DNA of 46,698 nt from Patescibacteria group bacterium (lineage in GTDB: Bacteria; Patescibacteriota; Minisyncoccia; Phycocordibacterales; VMEP01), in contig JBBTQM010000023.1 in the NCBI GenBank assembly GCA_038065675.1, forward strand, positions 1 through 46,698, in the 5' to 3' direction. Made by a program: the position numbers and the translations under genes. Positions 1 to 8,472 of the stretch are shown here, one piece after another (the first letter of the stretch is position 1; each line of letters opens with the position of its first letter). The notes under the pieces are model-generated. The model made no database searches. It worked only from the letters and a program-made list of their open reading frames with translations, and was not told where the DNA came from.

Positions 1-616
1 CGCCAATGCCGGTCACTCCGGGAATATTATCTGAAGCGTCTCCTGTTAACGCTTTAAAATCATTCAACTGGGCGGGAGAAAGGCTGTATCTTTCTTGAAT
101 TATTCTTTCGTCGTATAAAATTGTTTCTTTCAGTCCTTTTTTAAGAGTATAAACTCGCACCTTTTCTCCATCCACGAGCTGAAGGGTGTCCATGTCGCCG
201 GAAGCGATTATCACATCAACCATCGGCTCTTTTTTTAATTTCTCGACGATTGTGCCTATAACATCGTCGGCTTCAAAGCCCGGCGCTTCGTAAATCGGGA
301 TGCTCATCGCCTTGAAAATATCTTTGGAGCGTATTATTTGCGCAATCAGAGCGTCGTCGGTTTTCGGACGAGAAGCTTTATACCCGTCGTAAGCGACGTG
401 GCGGAACGTCGGCTCCGGCAAATCATAGGCCGCGGCCATGTAATCCGGCTTTAGGTCTTTAACAATTTTAAAAAGCATGGAAACAATACCGTAGAGCGCT
501 CCGGTCGGTTCGCCCTTGCTTGAAGAAAATTCCGGAAGCGCGTGATAAGCGCGGTGGATAATCGCGTGAGCGTCCAATATAACGATGGTCTTTTTTTTAT
601 CTTTGTCGCGCGGCAT
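1..616 (-). CDS. polA: DNA polymerase I, N-terminal 5'-3' exonuclease domain (partial, runs off window start)
   Basis: Manual translation from ATG at 616: MPRDKDKKKTIVILDAHAIIHRAYHALP...GEPTGALYG...TFRHVAYDGYKASR...GFEADDVIGT...IIASGDMDTLQL...ALTGDASDNIPGVTGIG; classic PolI/ExoIX motifs. Confidence 0.9.
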   Translation of the reverse strand, partial: MPRDKDKKKTIVILDAHAIIHRAYHALPEFSSSKGEPTGALYGIVSMLFKIVKDLKPDYMAAAYDLPEPTFRHVAYDGYKASRPKTDDALIAQIIRSKDIFKAMSIPIYEAPGFEADDVIGTIVEKLKKEPMVDVIIASGDMDTLQLVDGEKVRVYTLKKGLKETILYDERIIQERYSLSPAQLNDFKALTGDASDNIPGVTGIG

Positions 617-622
617 AGAGTT

Positions 623-1084
623 TTATCTGATTAAAGAAATTTCCCTGGTTTTTTCGTCCACAAAAATAAATGAGAGCTCGCGATGGGAGCGAGGAAGAGA
701 TTTGCGGAATTTGTCTCCCCATTCTATCAAAACGAGGTTTTCGGAGTCGCGGGCAATTTCGGCGAAACGAAGCGCTTCCAGTTCTTTTTTATGCCTTAAG
801 CGATACGCGTCAATATGGATAAAGCGGGAAAATCCCGTTTCCGCGCGCGCGGGCTTGGAAACTTCGTAAATTTTTTCTATCACGAAAGTCGGGCTTGTTA
901 CTTCTTCTTTAATACCGAGCGCGCGGGCCAGCGCCTTGGCGAAAGTTGTTTTACCGGAGCCGAGGTTACCGGAACAAACAAGCACAACCGCTTCATGGTG
1001 GCTACGTTCGCCGGAAATTATCTCCAACACTTCGCGCGCCGTGCGTTCAATATCTTTCTGATTTTTGGTGCGACGGCGCTTCAT
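623..1084 (-). CDS. tsaE: tRNA threonylcarbamoyladenosine biosynthesis ATPase TsaE
   Basis: GNLGSGKTT P-loop, VTSPTF, HIDAYRL and LIEWG motifs. Confidence 0.95.
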   Translation of the reverse strand: MKRRRTKNQKDIERTAREVLEIISGERSHHEAVVLVCSGNLGSGKTTFAKALARALGIKEEVTSPTFVIEKIYEVSKPARAETGFSRFIHIDAYRLRHKKELEALRFAEIARDSENLVLIEWGDKFRKSLPRSHRELSFIFVDEKTREISLIR

Positions 1085-1173
1085 TCTGTTAGAAGTTAAA
1101 GACTAAGTGTTTTACTAATAATGAGGCCGTTAGACAACCGGCGCTCTTAAGCATAATAGCGCTTCTAACGGGA
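1084..1173. mobile_element. MITE-like element with terminal inverted repeats, inserted at the tsaE start codon
   Basis: TIRs TTCTGTTAGAAG (1084-1095) and CTTCTAACGGGA (1162-1173); TTCA direct repeat on both sides; homologous to 31943-32053. Confidence 0.7.
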
Positions 1174-1196
1174 TTCATGGCTCGATTTTAGCACAA

Positions 1197-1247
1197 CAAA
1201 ACACACCATGAGACGGCGGCTTTGCCTTTCTCACGGTGTGTTTTCGT
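1197..1247 (-). terminator. Intrinsic terminator downstream of the surface-protein gene
   Basis: Minus-strand hairpin AAAACACACCGTGAGA...TCTCATGGTGTGTTTT ending in a T-rich tract. Confidence 0.6.
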
Positions 1248-1266
1248 TAAATTTAAGATTGGTTAA

Positions 1267-2694
1267 TTATACCCTTGATGCTTCTTCTTTTTCCTTTTTC
1301 TGCGCGTAGAAATACCGCGAAAGCGCGACGAGGCCGAAAACGGTAAGAATGAGCAGGAGCCATTCAAGAAGTGTGTCCGGCAAAAATCCGTTGCCACCGA
1401 AAAGCGCTGCCGCGCTAAATGCCGATTCATCTTTGCAGATTTTATTTACGGAATAAGCGACAAGTTCTTCCTGCGCTCCGGTTGCCGAATTCGTATCCAT
1501 GAGATACGCGGTCACGACAACATCCTTTCCAGAATCGGCTCCGCGCGCCGGCTCCGTGCGGACGGTAATGGAACCGCCGGCTCCGGCCTCAAGGTTACCG
1601 AGCAATAAAACTACCACTCGGTCTTTGTCGGAATATGTTCCGTTGGTCGTATCAACGAATGACAAGTCTTGCGGCAAAACGACACGAAGAACAACGTTCT
1701 TAAGCGTGCGATTGCCTATATTTTTGTAAGAAACAACGTATGCTCTATTCTCGCTGCCAATAATGCAGGTGTCCGATTCGCTTATTGTGAGAAACGCGAA
1801 CATTGATTTGGCTTGAGAAACTTGCACCGATGGCTTGGCCGGCGGAGCGGCACGAACCGGAGCCTGAGCTACTGGAGCAACTTCGGCAACAATAGTCCTG
1901 CTTGATGTTGTAAACGCAAGAATATTGCCGTAAGCCGCAACCCCGCTTGGCCCCTCCGCCGCCGCGCGGAAATAATAAGTAATGTTCGGCTCTAAATCGT
2001 TGATTGTTTGCGAGAGCGCGCCGGAAGCCGTTCCTTCGGTTGTTTTCGGAGTTTTGTTTGAAAGATTGCTCCCTGATGTTCCCCATTCAAACCAGCGCAT
2101 AACAACCATGCCGTTGGTATTAACGTATCCGTTAAGCGTGCTGAAATTATTGGCGATGCTGGTCGCGGAATATGTGGTTACGGTCGGCTGGGCGCTGTAA
2201 GAAATACAAGTCCCATTTGAAGAATAACCGCCGTAGCAAGTACTGCCCCAGTTGCCAAACCCCGCTCCGCCGGTTGAGCCGCTAGGATAACCGGAACCGG
2301 GGGCAAAAAACCCGGTGGTAAAACTTTTAGATTCTCCGTAATAAATATTGCCGGAAGAAGAATCCTGGGCTACGGAGCGGAACCAATAAGTTGTTTTTTG
2401 GTTCAGGCCAATAATAAGATGGCTGTAATTTGAAGTTTCGTTATTGTAATAATTTTTAGGAGTGAAATTGCCGAACGAGGTGGTAAGCCCCCATTCAAAC
2501 CATGCGGTCATGTTTTTCCCGGTACCGTTAACGGTGCCGTTCAAAATCGCACTCTCGCTGAACACATTGGTTGCGGATTTTGTTAAAACTGCCGCCGATT
2601 GGGCAAAAGCGCTTCCGGCGCCGACAAAAACCGCCGCCGAAAGAACGACCGCAACAGTAAATAAAGCTCTTTGTATTGTCATATTGGTTATCAT
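1267..2694 (-). CDS. Secreted or surface-anchored protein with two fibronectin III-like repeats, a DUF11-like Ig domain and a C-terminal TM helix
   Basis: Signal peptide ending AFA; two SAxLNGxVN...WFEWG...L.....Y.FR..A repeats; VSYKNIG...LKNVVLRVVLP..LSF DUF11-like segment; C-terminal hydrophobic helix with basic tail. Start moved to ATG 2694 (or 2682) because a promoter lies at 2707-2735. Confidence 0.75.
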   Translation of the reverse strand: MITNMTIQRALFTVAVVLSAAVFVGAGSAFAQSAAVLTKSATNVFSESAILNGTVNGTGKNMTAWFEWGLTTSFGNFTPKNYYNNETSNYSHLIIGLNQKTTYWFRSVAQDSSSGNIYYGESKSFTTGFFAPGSGYPSGSTGGAGFGNWGSTCYGGYSSNGTCISYSAQPTVTTYSATSIANNFSTLNGYVNTNGMVVMRWFEWGTSGSNLSNKTPKTTEGTASGALSQTINDLEPNITYYFRAAAEGPSGVAAYGNILAFTTSSRTIVAEVAPVAQAPVRAAPPAKPSVQVSQAKSMFAFLTISESDTCIIGSENRAYVVSYKNIGNRTLKNVVLRVVLPQDLSFVDTTNGTYSDKDRVVVLLLGNLEAGAGGSITVRTEPARGADSGKDVVVTAYLMDTNSATGAQEELVAYSVNKICKDESAFSAAALFGGNGFLPDTLLEWLLLILTVFGLVALSRYFYAQKKEKEEASRV

Positions 2695-2706
2695 TTTTAT
2701 CGGGCA

Positions 2707-2735
2707 ATTATACATGAAAAGTATAATTAAGTCAA
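2707..2735 (-). promoter_or_regulatory. Sigma70 promoter
   Basis: TTGACT-17 bp-TATAAT with an extended TG, on the minus strand. Confidence 0.7.
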
Positions 2736-2821
2736 TAGGGGAAGGAATAAGCTTATAAAAAAGGCGGTTCGAATCGTTCACAAGGTGTGAATTTATCGAA
2801 CCGCCCGTGCGGATGGCCACG

Positions 2822-3496
2822 CTACATCCTCTGGCAAGTCGGGCTGAAGGGCCCGTACATCATGCCGCAGTTTTGAAAAGCGCGATTTCTTTCTTCCACT
2901 CCTCGACGGATTATCTCCGTTCTTATGGAAAGAGGTGTTGGCGTTGGGTCGAACGCGCCGCCGTTCCAATAAGAGCCGTAATAGCCATAGCCGTAGCCAT
3001 AACCAGCGTCTCCCGAGTAGGCCTCGGTGCCGCCGCAAAGGACCACTCCGGTAATGCCGCCGAAAACGCCCGCGAGGATACTTCCTCTGCCTTGGCCGAT
3101 GAGATGACTGCCGGCATACCCCAACCCGGCTCCGCAGAAAGCCTGCAGAAACGGGCTCGAGCCGCGCACGTAAGCCGGCGCGGCGTAGTACGAGGGGTAC
3201 ACAGGCATTGCGACCGGGACAGAAACTCTCGCCCTTGCGGCAATCATCTTGTACTCCAGGAGCGCCTCGTTGCACTTTTTCTCGTCTTCGACCTTGACGC
3301 CGAAAACGACGCAGGCGTTGTTGCCTTTGTCGTCCTTGTACCAAACGAAGTCCGTTTGCTCGCGCTCGGCGGCTTTTCGTTTTTCGCGTTCCGCCGCGGG
3401 CGAACTTCCCTTTTCGTAGATGTAGTAATTTTTGGTAGTACTGCAACCGCCAAGGGCAAATGCGAAAACCAAAACGACCAGCGCCATGATTTTCAT
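2822..3496 (-). CDS. Putative lipoprotein with a glycine-zipper-like segment
   Basis: MKIMALVVLVFAFALGGC lipobox; GAGLGYAGSHLIGQGRGSILAGVFGGITG glycine zipper; AGAGGAG SD upstream of ATG 3496. Confidence 0.6.
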   Translation of the reverse strand: MKIMALVVLVFAFALGGCSTTKNYYIYEKGSSPAAEREKRKAAEREQTDFVWYKDDKGNNACVVFGVKVEDEKKCNEALLEYKMIAARARVSVPVAMPVYPSYYAAPAYVRGSSPFLQAFCGAGLGYAGSHLIGQGRGSILAGVFGGITGVVLCGGTEAYSGDAGYGYGYGYYGSYWNGGAFDPTPTPLSIRTEIIRRGVEERNRAFQNCGMMYGPFSPTCQRM

Positions 3497-3659
3497 GGGA
3501 ACTCCTCTTTTGTTGGTTACATATGCGGCTTCCACCGCGCCTGAAATCCGAAATCAAAGAATCTTTTTAATTTATATCATATTTGAAACAAAAAGTCAAT
3601 ATAGTTTCGCGGTGGATTTTTCCACCGCAGAAAGCCAAAATCGGATATAATTAAACAAT

Positions 3660-5354
3660 ATGTCCCTGCCGGTAAACGAAAAAGATGAAAAGAAACTGGA
3701 AGAGCTTTATCTGCGCGAAGAAGAAGAGCTTATAAAAAGCCTCTCGCCGCGCTACGGCATGCCGTATGCCGACCTTTCCGATGTCTCCATAGAAACGGAC
3801 GCTCTTAAATTAATCCCTGAAGAAGAAGCGCGAGCGCTTCTGATGGCGGCGTTTAAAGTCGTCGGACACAATCTTTACATAGGGCTCCTCTCCCCCAAAA
3901 AAGAAGGGGTGGAAGCCAAACTGGAAGAGCTCAAAGAAAAAAAATATGTCGTTTCTCCGTACTTAGTTTCAAAAGTAAGCCTTGAGCGCGCCTGGTCGCG
4001 ATATAAAGAAGTTTCGACTTCGGTAAAAACCAAATCCGGCATTTTGGACATATCCAAAGAAGACCTGGAAATCATGGCGGCTTCCCTTAAAACAGTCGCC
4101 CTCATAAAAGAATTCGCCGAGAAGACACTAAGGGAAAGCAAATTGCACAAAGTGACCAAAATGCTTGAAATAATTTTGGGCGGGGCGGTTGCGACCAACG
4201 CTTCCGATATCCATATTGAACCGGTGGAAAAAAGGGCTCGCTTGAGATTCCGAATAGACGGTGTCCTTGAAGATATTTTATTTTTTGACAACAACACCTA
4301 TAGTCTTTTGAGTTCACGCCTTAAACTTCTTTCGGAGCTTAAATTAAACATAAAAGAGTCCGCGCAGGACGGTCGCTTTAGCATAAAGCTGGGCGGCGAC
4401 GAAATTGAAGTCCGCGTGTCTTTCATCCCCGGAGGATACGGCGAATCAATCGTGCTCCGCATTTTAAATCCTAAAGCGATTCGCGTATCTTTTGATAATT
4501 TGGGAATAGCTCCTCATCTTCTCAAAATTCTTGAGCGTGAAATTTCAAAGCCGAACGGAATAATTCTCACCACCGGACCGACCGGTTCCGGAAAAACTAC
4601 AACCCTTTACGCTTTTTTGAAAAGGGTTTACACCCCCGACGTTAAAGTAATCACCGTGGAAGATCCGATTGAATATCACTTGGAAGGAATCACTCAGACT
4701 CAAATCGATGAAAAAAAGGGATATACCTTTCTTGAGGGACTTCGCGGAGCGCTGCGCCAAGACCCGGACATTATGATGGTCGGCGAAATAAGAGACGCCG
4801 AAACGGCAAAGACCGCCATCAACGCCGCCCTAACCGGACATCTCGTTTTCTCAACACTTCACACCAACAACGCTTCCGGCGCCATCCCCCGGCTCATAGA
4901 CCTAGACGTCAACCCGAAAATCATAAGTTCGGCGCTAAATGTCGCCATCGCCCAACGCTTGGTGAGAAAACTCTGCGAGAATTGCAAAAAAGAAAAAGTT
5001 CCTTCTTCCGATGAAATAAAAATAATAGAAGAAACCGTCGCGCGCATAAAAAGAGAAGGGGTTGATGCCGGAGTGCCTATTCCCTCGGCTCCCTACAAAA
5101 TTTTTGACGCCGTCGGGTGCGAAAAATGCAACAACACCGGATATAAGGGGCGTATCGGGGTTTTTGAAGCGATTCTTATGGACGAGGCGATTGAACGTTT
5201 GGTCGTCGGCAACCCGAGCGAGCACGAAATAAAAAAGGCGGCTCTGCCGCAGCAAATCCCCGACATGGCGGAGGATGGTATACTAAAAGTGCTTGGAGGG
5301 ATAACGACGATTGAAGAATTATCCCGCGTGGTTGAATTGACCGAAACCTTTTAA
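3660..5354 (+). CDS. pilB: Type II/IV secretion or type IV pilus assembly ATPase (GspE/PilB family)
   Basis: ASDIHIEP, GPTGSGKTTTLY, TVEDPIEY, LRQDPDIMMVGEIRD, TLHTN and CxxC...CxxC zinc motifs. Confidence 0.9.
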   Translation: MSLPVNEKDEKKLEELYLREEEELIKSLSPRYGMPYADLSDVSIETDALKLIPEEEARALLMAAFKVVGHNLYIGLLSPKKEGVEAKLEELKEKKYVVSPYLVSKVSLERAWSRYKEVSTSVKTKSGILDISKEDLEIMAASLKTVALIKEFAEKTLRESKLHKVTKMLEIILGGAVATNASDIHIEPVEKRARLRFRIDGVLEDILFFDNNTYSLLSSRLKLLSELKLNIKESAQDGRFSIKLGGDEIEVRVSFIPGGYGESIVLRILNPKAIRVSFDNLGIAPHLLKILEREISKPNGIILTTGPTGSGKTTTLYAFLKRVYTPDVKVITVEDPIEYHLEGITQTQIDEKKGYTFLEGLRGALRQDPDIMMVGEIRDAETAKTAINAALTGHLVFSTLHTNNASGAIPRLIDLDVNPKIISSALNVAIAQRLVRKLCENCKKEKVPSSDEIKIIEETVARIKREGVDAGVPIPSAPYKIFDAVGCEKCNNTGYKGRIGVFEAILMDEAIERLVVGNPSEHEIKKAALPQQIPDMAEDGILKVLGGITTIEELSRVVELTETF

Positions 5355-5380
5355 AACAGCGGTAATTCAGGCAAAAGAAA

Positions 5381-5550
5381 AACCGAATCCCTTAATCTCT
5401 AAGCAATCCTTTTAATGCAAGCATTAAAAGTGGAACTTTATTCGGAGGATAGCCCTCGCAACTTCCGCCCGAAGGCGGACGCCAAGACGTCCTGTAAACA
5501 AAGCCCGGGAGGCCAGGGGCCTGATTGCTTAGAGATGAAGAAACTCGGCT
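5381..5550 (-). ncRNA. ssrS: Probable 6S RNA
   Basis: About 170-nt rod: 28-nt closing stem with G-U pairs only on the minus strand, central bubble, inner stem and cUUCGg apical tetraloop; upstream TGcTATGTT extended -10 at 5570-5562; U-tract after the 3' end. Confidence 0.6.
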
Positions 5551-5583
5551 TACAGATTTACAACATAGCATAAGATAATTACT

Positions 5584-6624
5584 GTGTCAAGCCCACGACC
5601 AAACTCAAAAGAAGAAAATCTTGATGAAAAAGGGCCGACGGAAACCAGCTTTCTGGATAATACACTACGCCCATCTCGTTGGGACGAATACATCGGACAA
5701 AAAAGCATTAAGGAAAATCTGCGGATTTTGCTTCGCGCGGCGCGCGAACGTAAACATCCCCCGGAGCACGTCCTTTTTTACGGTCCGGCCGGACTGGGCA
5801 AAACCACTCTCGCCCATTTGATAGCCCATGAAATCGGCGCTCAAATGAAAACCACCTCCGGTCCGGCGGTGGAAAAAGTCGGCGACTTGGCTTCCATCCT
5901 CACCAACCTCTCGCCTGGCGACATTTTGTTCATAGACGAAATCCACCGCTTAAACAAAATGATAGAAGAAATTTTGTACCCGGCTATGGAATCAGGCTCT
6001 TTGGATATCATCATCGGGAAGGGCCCGTCGGCACGCACAATTCAACTAGAACTTCCTCCCTTTACCCTGCTCGCCGCCACCACCCGCGTTGCGCTTTTGT
6101 CTTCACCCCTGCGCTCGCGTTTTTCCGGCGGAATGTTCCGGTTGGAATATTATTCGGAAAAAGAAATAGAAGAAATCATAAAACGCTCGGCTAAAATTTT
6201 GAAAGCGGAATTGGGAGACGGCGCGGCGGAAGAAATCGCCAAGCGCAGCCGTTTCACTCCGCGCGTGGCAAATTATCTTTTGAAACGCTGCCGCGACTTC
6301 GCCCAGGTGCACAAGCGCCCGCTTGACAGAAAAACCGTAAAAGAGGCCTTGTCGCTTCTTGAGGTGGATGATATCGGATTAACCTCTCCGGACAGAAGGC
6401 TTCTTGCCGTAATTATTGAAAAATTCGCCGGCGGTCCGGTGGGATTAAATACTTTAGGCGCGGCAATCGGCGAAGAAGAAGCCACAATAGAAGAAGTGAG
6501 CGAGCCGTATCTTTTACAGCTCGGCCTTATTGAACGCACCCCGCGCGGACGTACCGCAACCCCGCGCGCTTATGAACATTTAGGGATTGATTTGCCGGCT
6601 GATAGGCAAGATAAATTATTGTAA
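5584..6624 (+). CDS. ruvB: Holliday junction branch migration helicase RuvB
   Basis: LRP..W.EYIGQ, GPAGLGKTTLA, LFIDEIHRL, EPYLLQLG...RTPRGR. Confidence 0.97.
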   Translation: MSSPRPNSKEENLDEKGPTETSFLDNTLRPSRWDEYIGQKSIKENLRILLRAARERKHPPEHVLFYGPAGLGKTTLAHLIAHEIGAQMKTTSGPAVEKVGDLASILTNLSPGDILFIDEIHRLNKMIEEILYPAMESGSLDIIIGKGPSARTIQLELPPFTLLAATTRVALLSSPLRSRFSGGMFRLEYYSEKEIEEIIKRSAKILKAELGDGAAEEIAKRSRFTPRVANYLLKRCRDFAQVHKRPLDRKTVKEALSLLEVDDIGLTSPDRRLLAVIIEKFAGGPVGLNTLGAAIGEEEATIEEVSEPYLLQLGLIERTPRGRTATPRAYEHLGIDLPADRQDKLL

Positions 6625-6628
6625 GAGA

Positions 6629-6651
6629 AAATCCCCGCACGGCGGGGATTT
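6629..6651. terminator. Hairpin terminator between convergent ruvB and the hypothetical gene
   Basis: AAATCCCCG-cacgg-CGGGGATTT. Confidence 0.6.
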
Positions 6652-6660
6652 AAAGGAAAC

Positions 6661-7083
6661 CTAAAGTCTACACTCGGGCGGCGGCCACGGCAATCTGTTC
6701 TCTCGTTTTTTAGAGTTTCTCTCCCTTACTCTTTCTTCCCAAATTTCGACAGAACTCTTTATCTCTCTTTGTCCCCTTATTAGGGCGCTTGTTAGGGCGG
6801 ACATAGCGGCCTCACTTCGAGTTTTGATATGGGAGAAAAATGTTGCAACCTCTGGCGCTTTACGAGGGCGGAGGGTCTTTATGTCCACTTGTATTATGGC
6901 TAACCCCAATTTGGATTCTTCTTTGTCTGTTGTGACCCAGCCATCAACAATGTATTTTTCTTTCCAGTTGGTCCCGTACGATGGCTCTCGTGATCTAACA
7001 TATATTGCTCGGCCTTCGTGTGAATAAAAACCAGAGCCGTCGCCGTTTCGGCCTGAGTTATAATAGAGATTTTCTGTTGACAC
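6661..7083 (-). CDS. Hypothetical protein
   Basis: 140-codon ORF with GTG start after GGGGA SD-like sequence; fills the ruvB-yebC gap; no recognisable motif. Confidence 0.55.
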   Translation of the reverse strand: MSTENLYYNSGRNGDGSGFYSHEGRAIYVRSREPSYGTNWKEKYIVDGWVTTDKEESKLGLAIIQVDIKTLRPRKAPEVATFFSHIKTRSEAAMSALTSALIRGQREIKSSVEIWEERVRERNSKKRENRLPWPPPECRL

Positions 7084-7152
7084 AATTATCCCCTATAAAA
7101 GAAAAAGATAAACCTACTACATATAACTCTATGGGCAGTAATTAAGTCAACC

Positions 7153-7187
7153 CCCACTATCAACTAAAGACTAAAAACTATAAACTA
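7153..7187 (+). repeat. Heptamer-periodic array (NNNACTA x5) directly upstream of yebC
   Basis: CCCACTA TCAACTA AAGACTA AAAACTA TAAACTA. Confidence 0.75.
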
Positions 7188-7192
7188 TTCCT

Positions 7193-7723
7193 ATGGCCGG
7201 GCACAGCAAGTGGGCGCAAATCAAGCGCCAAAAAGGAACCGAAGACGCGAGAAGAAGCAAGGTTTTTTCAAAACTTTCGCGGCTTATTACCTCCGAATCA
7301 AAAAGGGTCGGCGGGAAAACCGACTCACCATCACTCAGAACCATCATTGAAAAAGCAAAGAAAGAAAATATGCCCAAGGACACGATTGATAGGGCTGTTA
7401 AAAAAGGAGTTAGCGAGGAAGCCGGAGAAATGTTTGAAATATTATATGAAGCGTATGGTCCGGGAGGAACGGCGATTTTAATAGAATGCCTGACTGACAG
7501 CAAAAACAGAACATCACAGGAAATAAAACATGCCTTGAGTGAGGACGGCGGTAGTTTGGCCGGTCCCGGTGCCGCATCGTGGGCTTTTACCAAAAGAACC
7601 GGGGAGTACCTACCCCAGACAACCGTGCCGCTTACCGACGAAGACGGGGCGAAATTATCCGTTCTTATGGAAAAACTTGAGGAGAGAGACGATGTCCAAG
7701 CGGTTTATACTAATGCGGATTAA
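7193..7723 (+). CDS. yebC: YebC/PmpR family protein (short form)
   Basis: MAGHSKWAQIKRQK, YEAYGPGG, TDSKNRT, DDVQAVYTNA. Confidence 0.93.
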   Translation: MAGHSKWAQIKRQKGTEDARRSKVFSKLSRLITSESKRVGGKTDSPSLRTIIEKAKKENMPKDTIDRAVKKGVSEEAGEMFEILYEAYGPGGTAILIECLTDSKNRTSQEIKHALSEDGGSLAGPGAASWAFTKRTGEYLPQTTVPLTDEDGAKLSVLMEKLEERDDVQAVYTNAD

Positions 7724-8222
7724 ACCTACAACCTGCCGCGTGCTCGCGATTGACCCCGGATTTGAACGCGTGGGGATAGCTATCATTGAAAAATTTGCCG
7801 GCAAAGAAAAGCTTCTTCACTCCGAATGTTTCAAAACAAGCGCGCACAATGAATTCCCGGAAAGATTAAAATCTTTGGGCATAAAAGTCGGTAATGTAAT
7901 AAAAGAATGGAAGCCGGACGCCTTCACGACTGAAAAACTTTTTCTTTCGGTAAATCAAAAAACAGCGATGAGGGTTTCGGAAGCACGCGGGGTGATAATT
8001 TACGAAGCGTCTAAAGCGGGGCTCCCGGTGCGTGAGTTCACTCCGCTTGAAATAAAAATGGCAATAACCGGATACGGCAAAGCGACCAAAAACCAGGTTT
8101 CCATAATGGTGCGCAAGTTGATTTCTTTTCCCGATAAAAAGGCCCTTGATGACGAGCTGGACGCCGTCGCGGCTGGTCTCACTTTTTTCGCTTACCAAAA
8201 TTATCCACATAAAAGCCGTTAA
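7713..8222 (+). CDS. ruvC: Holliday junction resolvase RuvC
   Basis: VLAIDPGFERVG, EARGVI, TPLEIKMAITGYGKATKNQV, DDELDAVA; ATG 7713 chosen as start. Confidence 0.93.
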   Translation: MRIKPTTCRVLAIDPGFERVGIAIIEKFAGKEKLLHSECFKTSAHNEFPERLKSLGIKVGNVIKEWKPDAFTTEKLFLSVNQKTAMRVSEARGVIIYEASKAGLPVREFTPLEIKMAITGYGKATKNQVSIMVRKLISFPDKKALDDELDAVAAGLTFFAYQNYPHKSR

Positions 8223-8293
8223 CTCTATTGCCAGAATATTTATCTTTTGGTAAAACTAGAAATCATAAAAGGTTTAATTAAAAATTAAAAAAT

Positions 8294-8434
8294 ATGGACG
8301 ACGACAGAGAAAAAGATTTCGACCCGGAAGCGGGAAGTTCGGACTTCGCCCTTGATGCTTTTGATGATGATGGTGTAATCGGGATAGACGACTCCACCCC
8401 GGGCGAAACGGAAGAAGAGAGTGAGTGGTCTTAG
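8294..8434 (+). CDS. Small, highly acidic protein (46 aa)
   Basis: MDDDREKDFDPEAGSSDFALDAFDDDGVIGIDDSTPGETEEESEWS; AT-rich leader; terminator immediately after; below the ORF-track cutoff. Confidence 0.55.
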   Translation: MDDDREKDFDPEAGSSDFALDAFDDDGVIGIDDSTPGETEEESEWS

Positions 8435-8436
8435 TT

Positions 8437-8472
8437 AAAAATAAATCCCCTTTCAACGGGGATTTATTTTTT
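8437..8472. terminator. Bidirectional intrinsic terminator
   Basis: AAAATAAATCCCC-tttcaac-GGGGATTTATTTT between convergent genes. Confidence 0.7.

Noticed and set aside
2793-3557. Overlapping 254-aa and 245-aa ORFs
   Set aside because: Shadow frames of a GC-rich gene; the frame ending at 2822 has the SD and lipobox
5381-5550. SRP RNA or tmRNA
   Set aside because: Lacks the SRP GGAA/AGCAG helix-8 motif and tRNA-like ends; the architecture fits 6S better
7193-7723. yebC as a truncated pseudogene
   Set aside because: Both conserved termini are intact and in frame; an internal deletion giving a compact form is more likely
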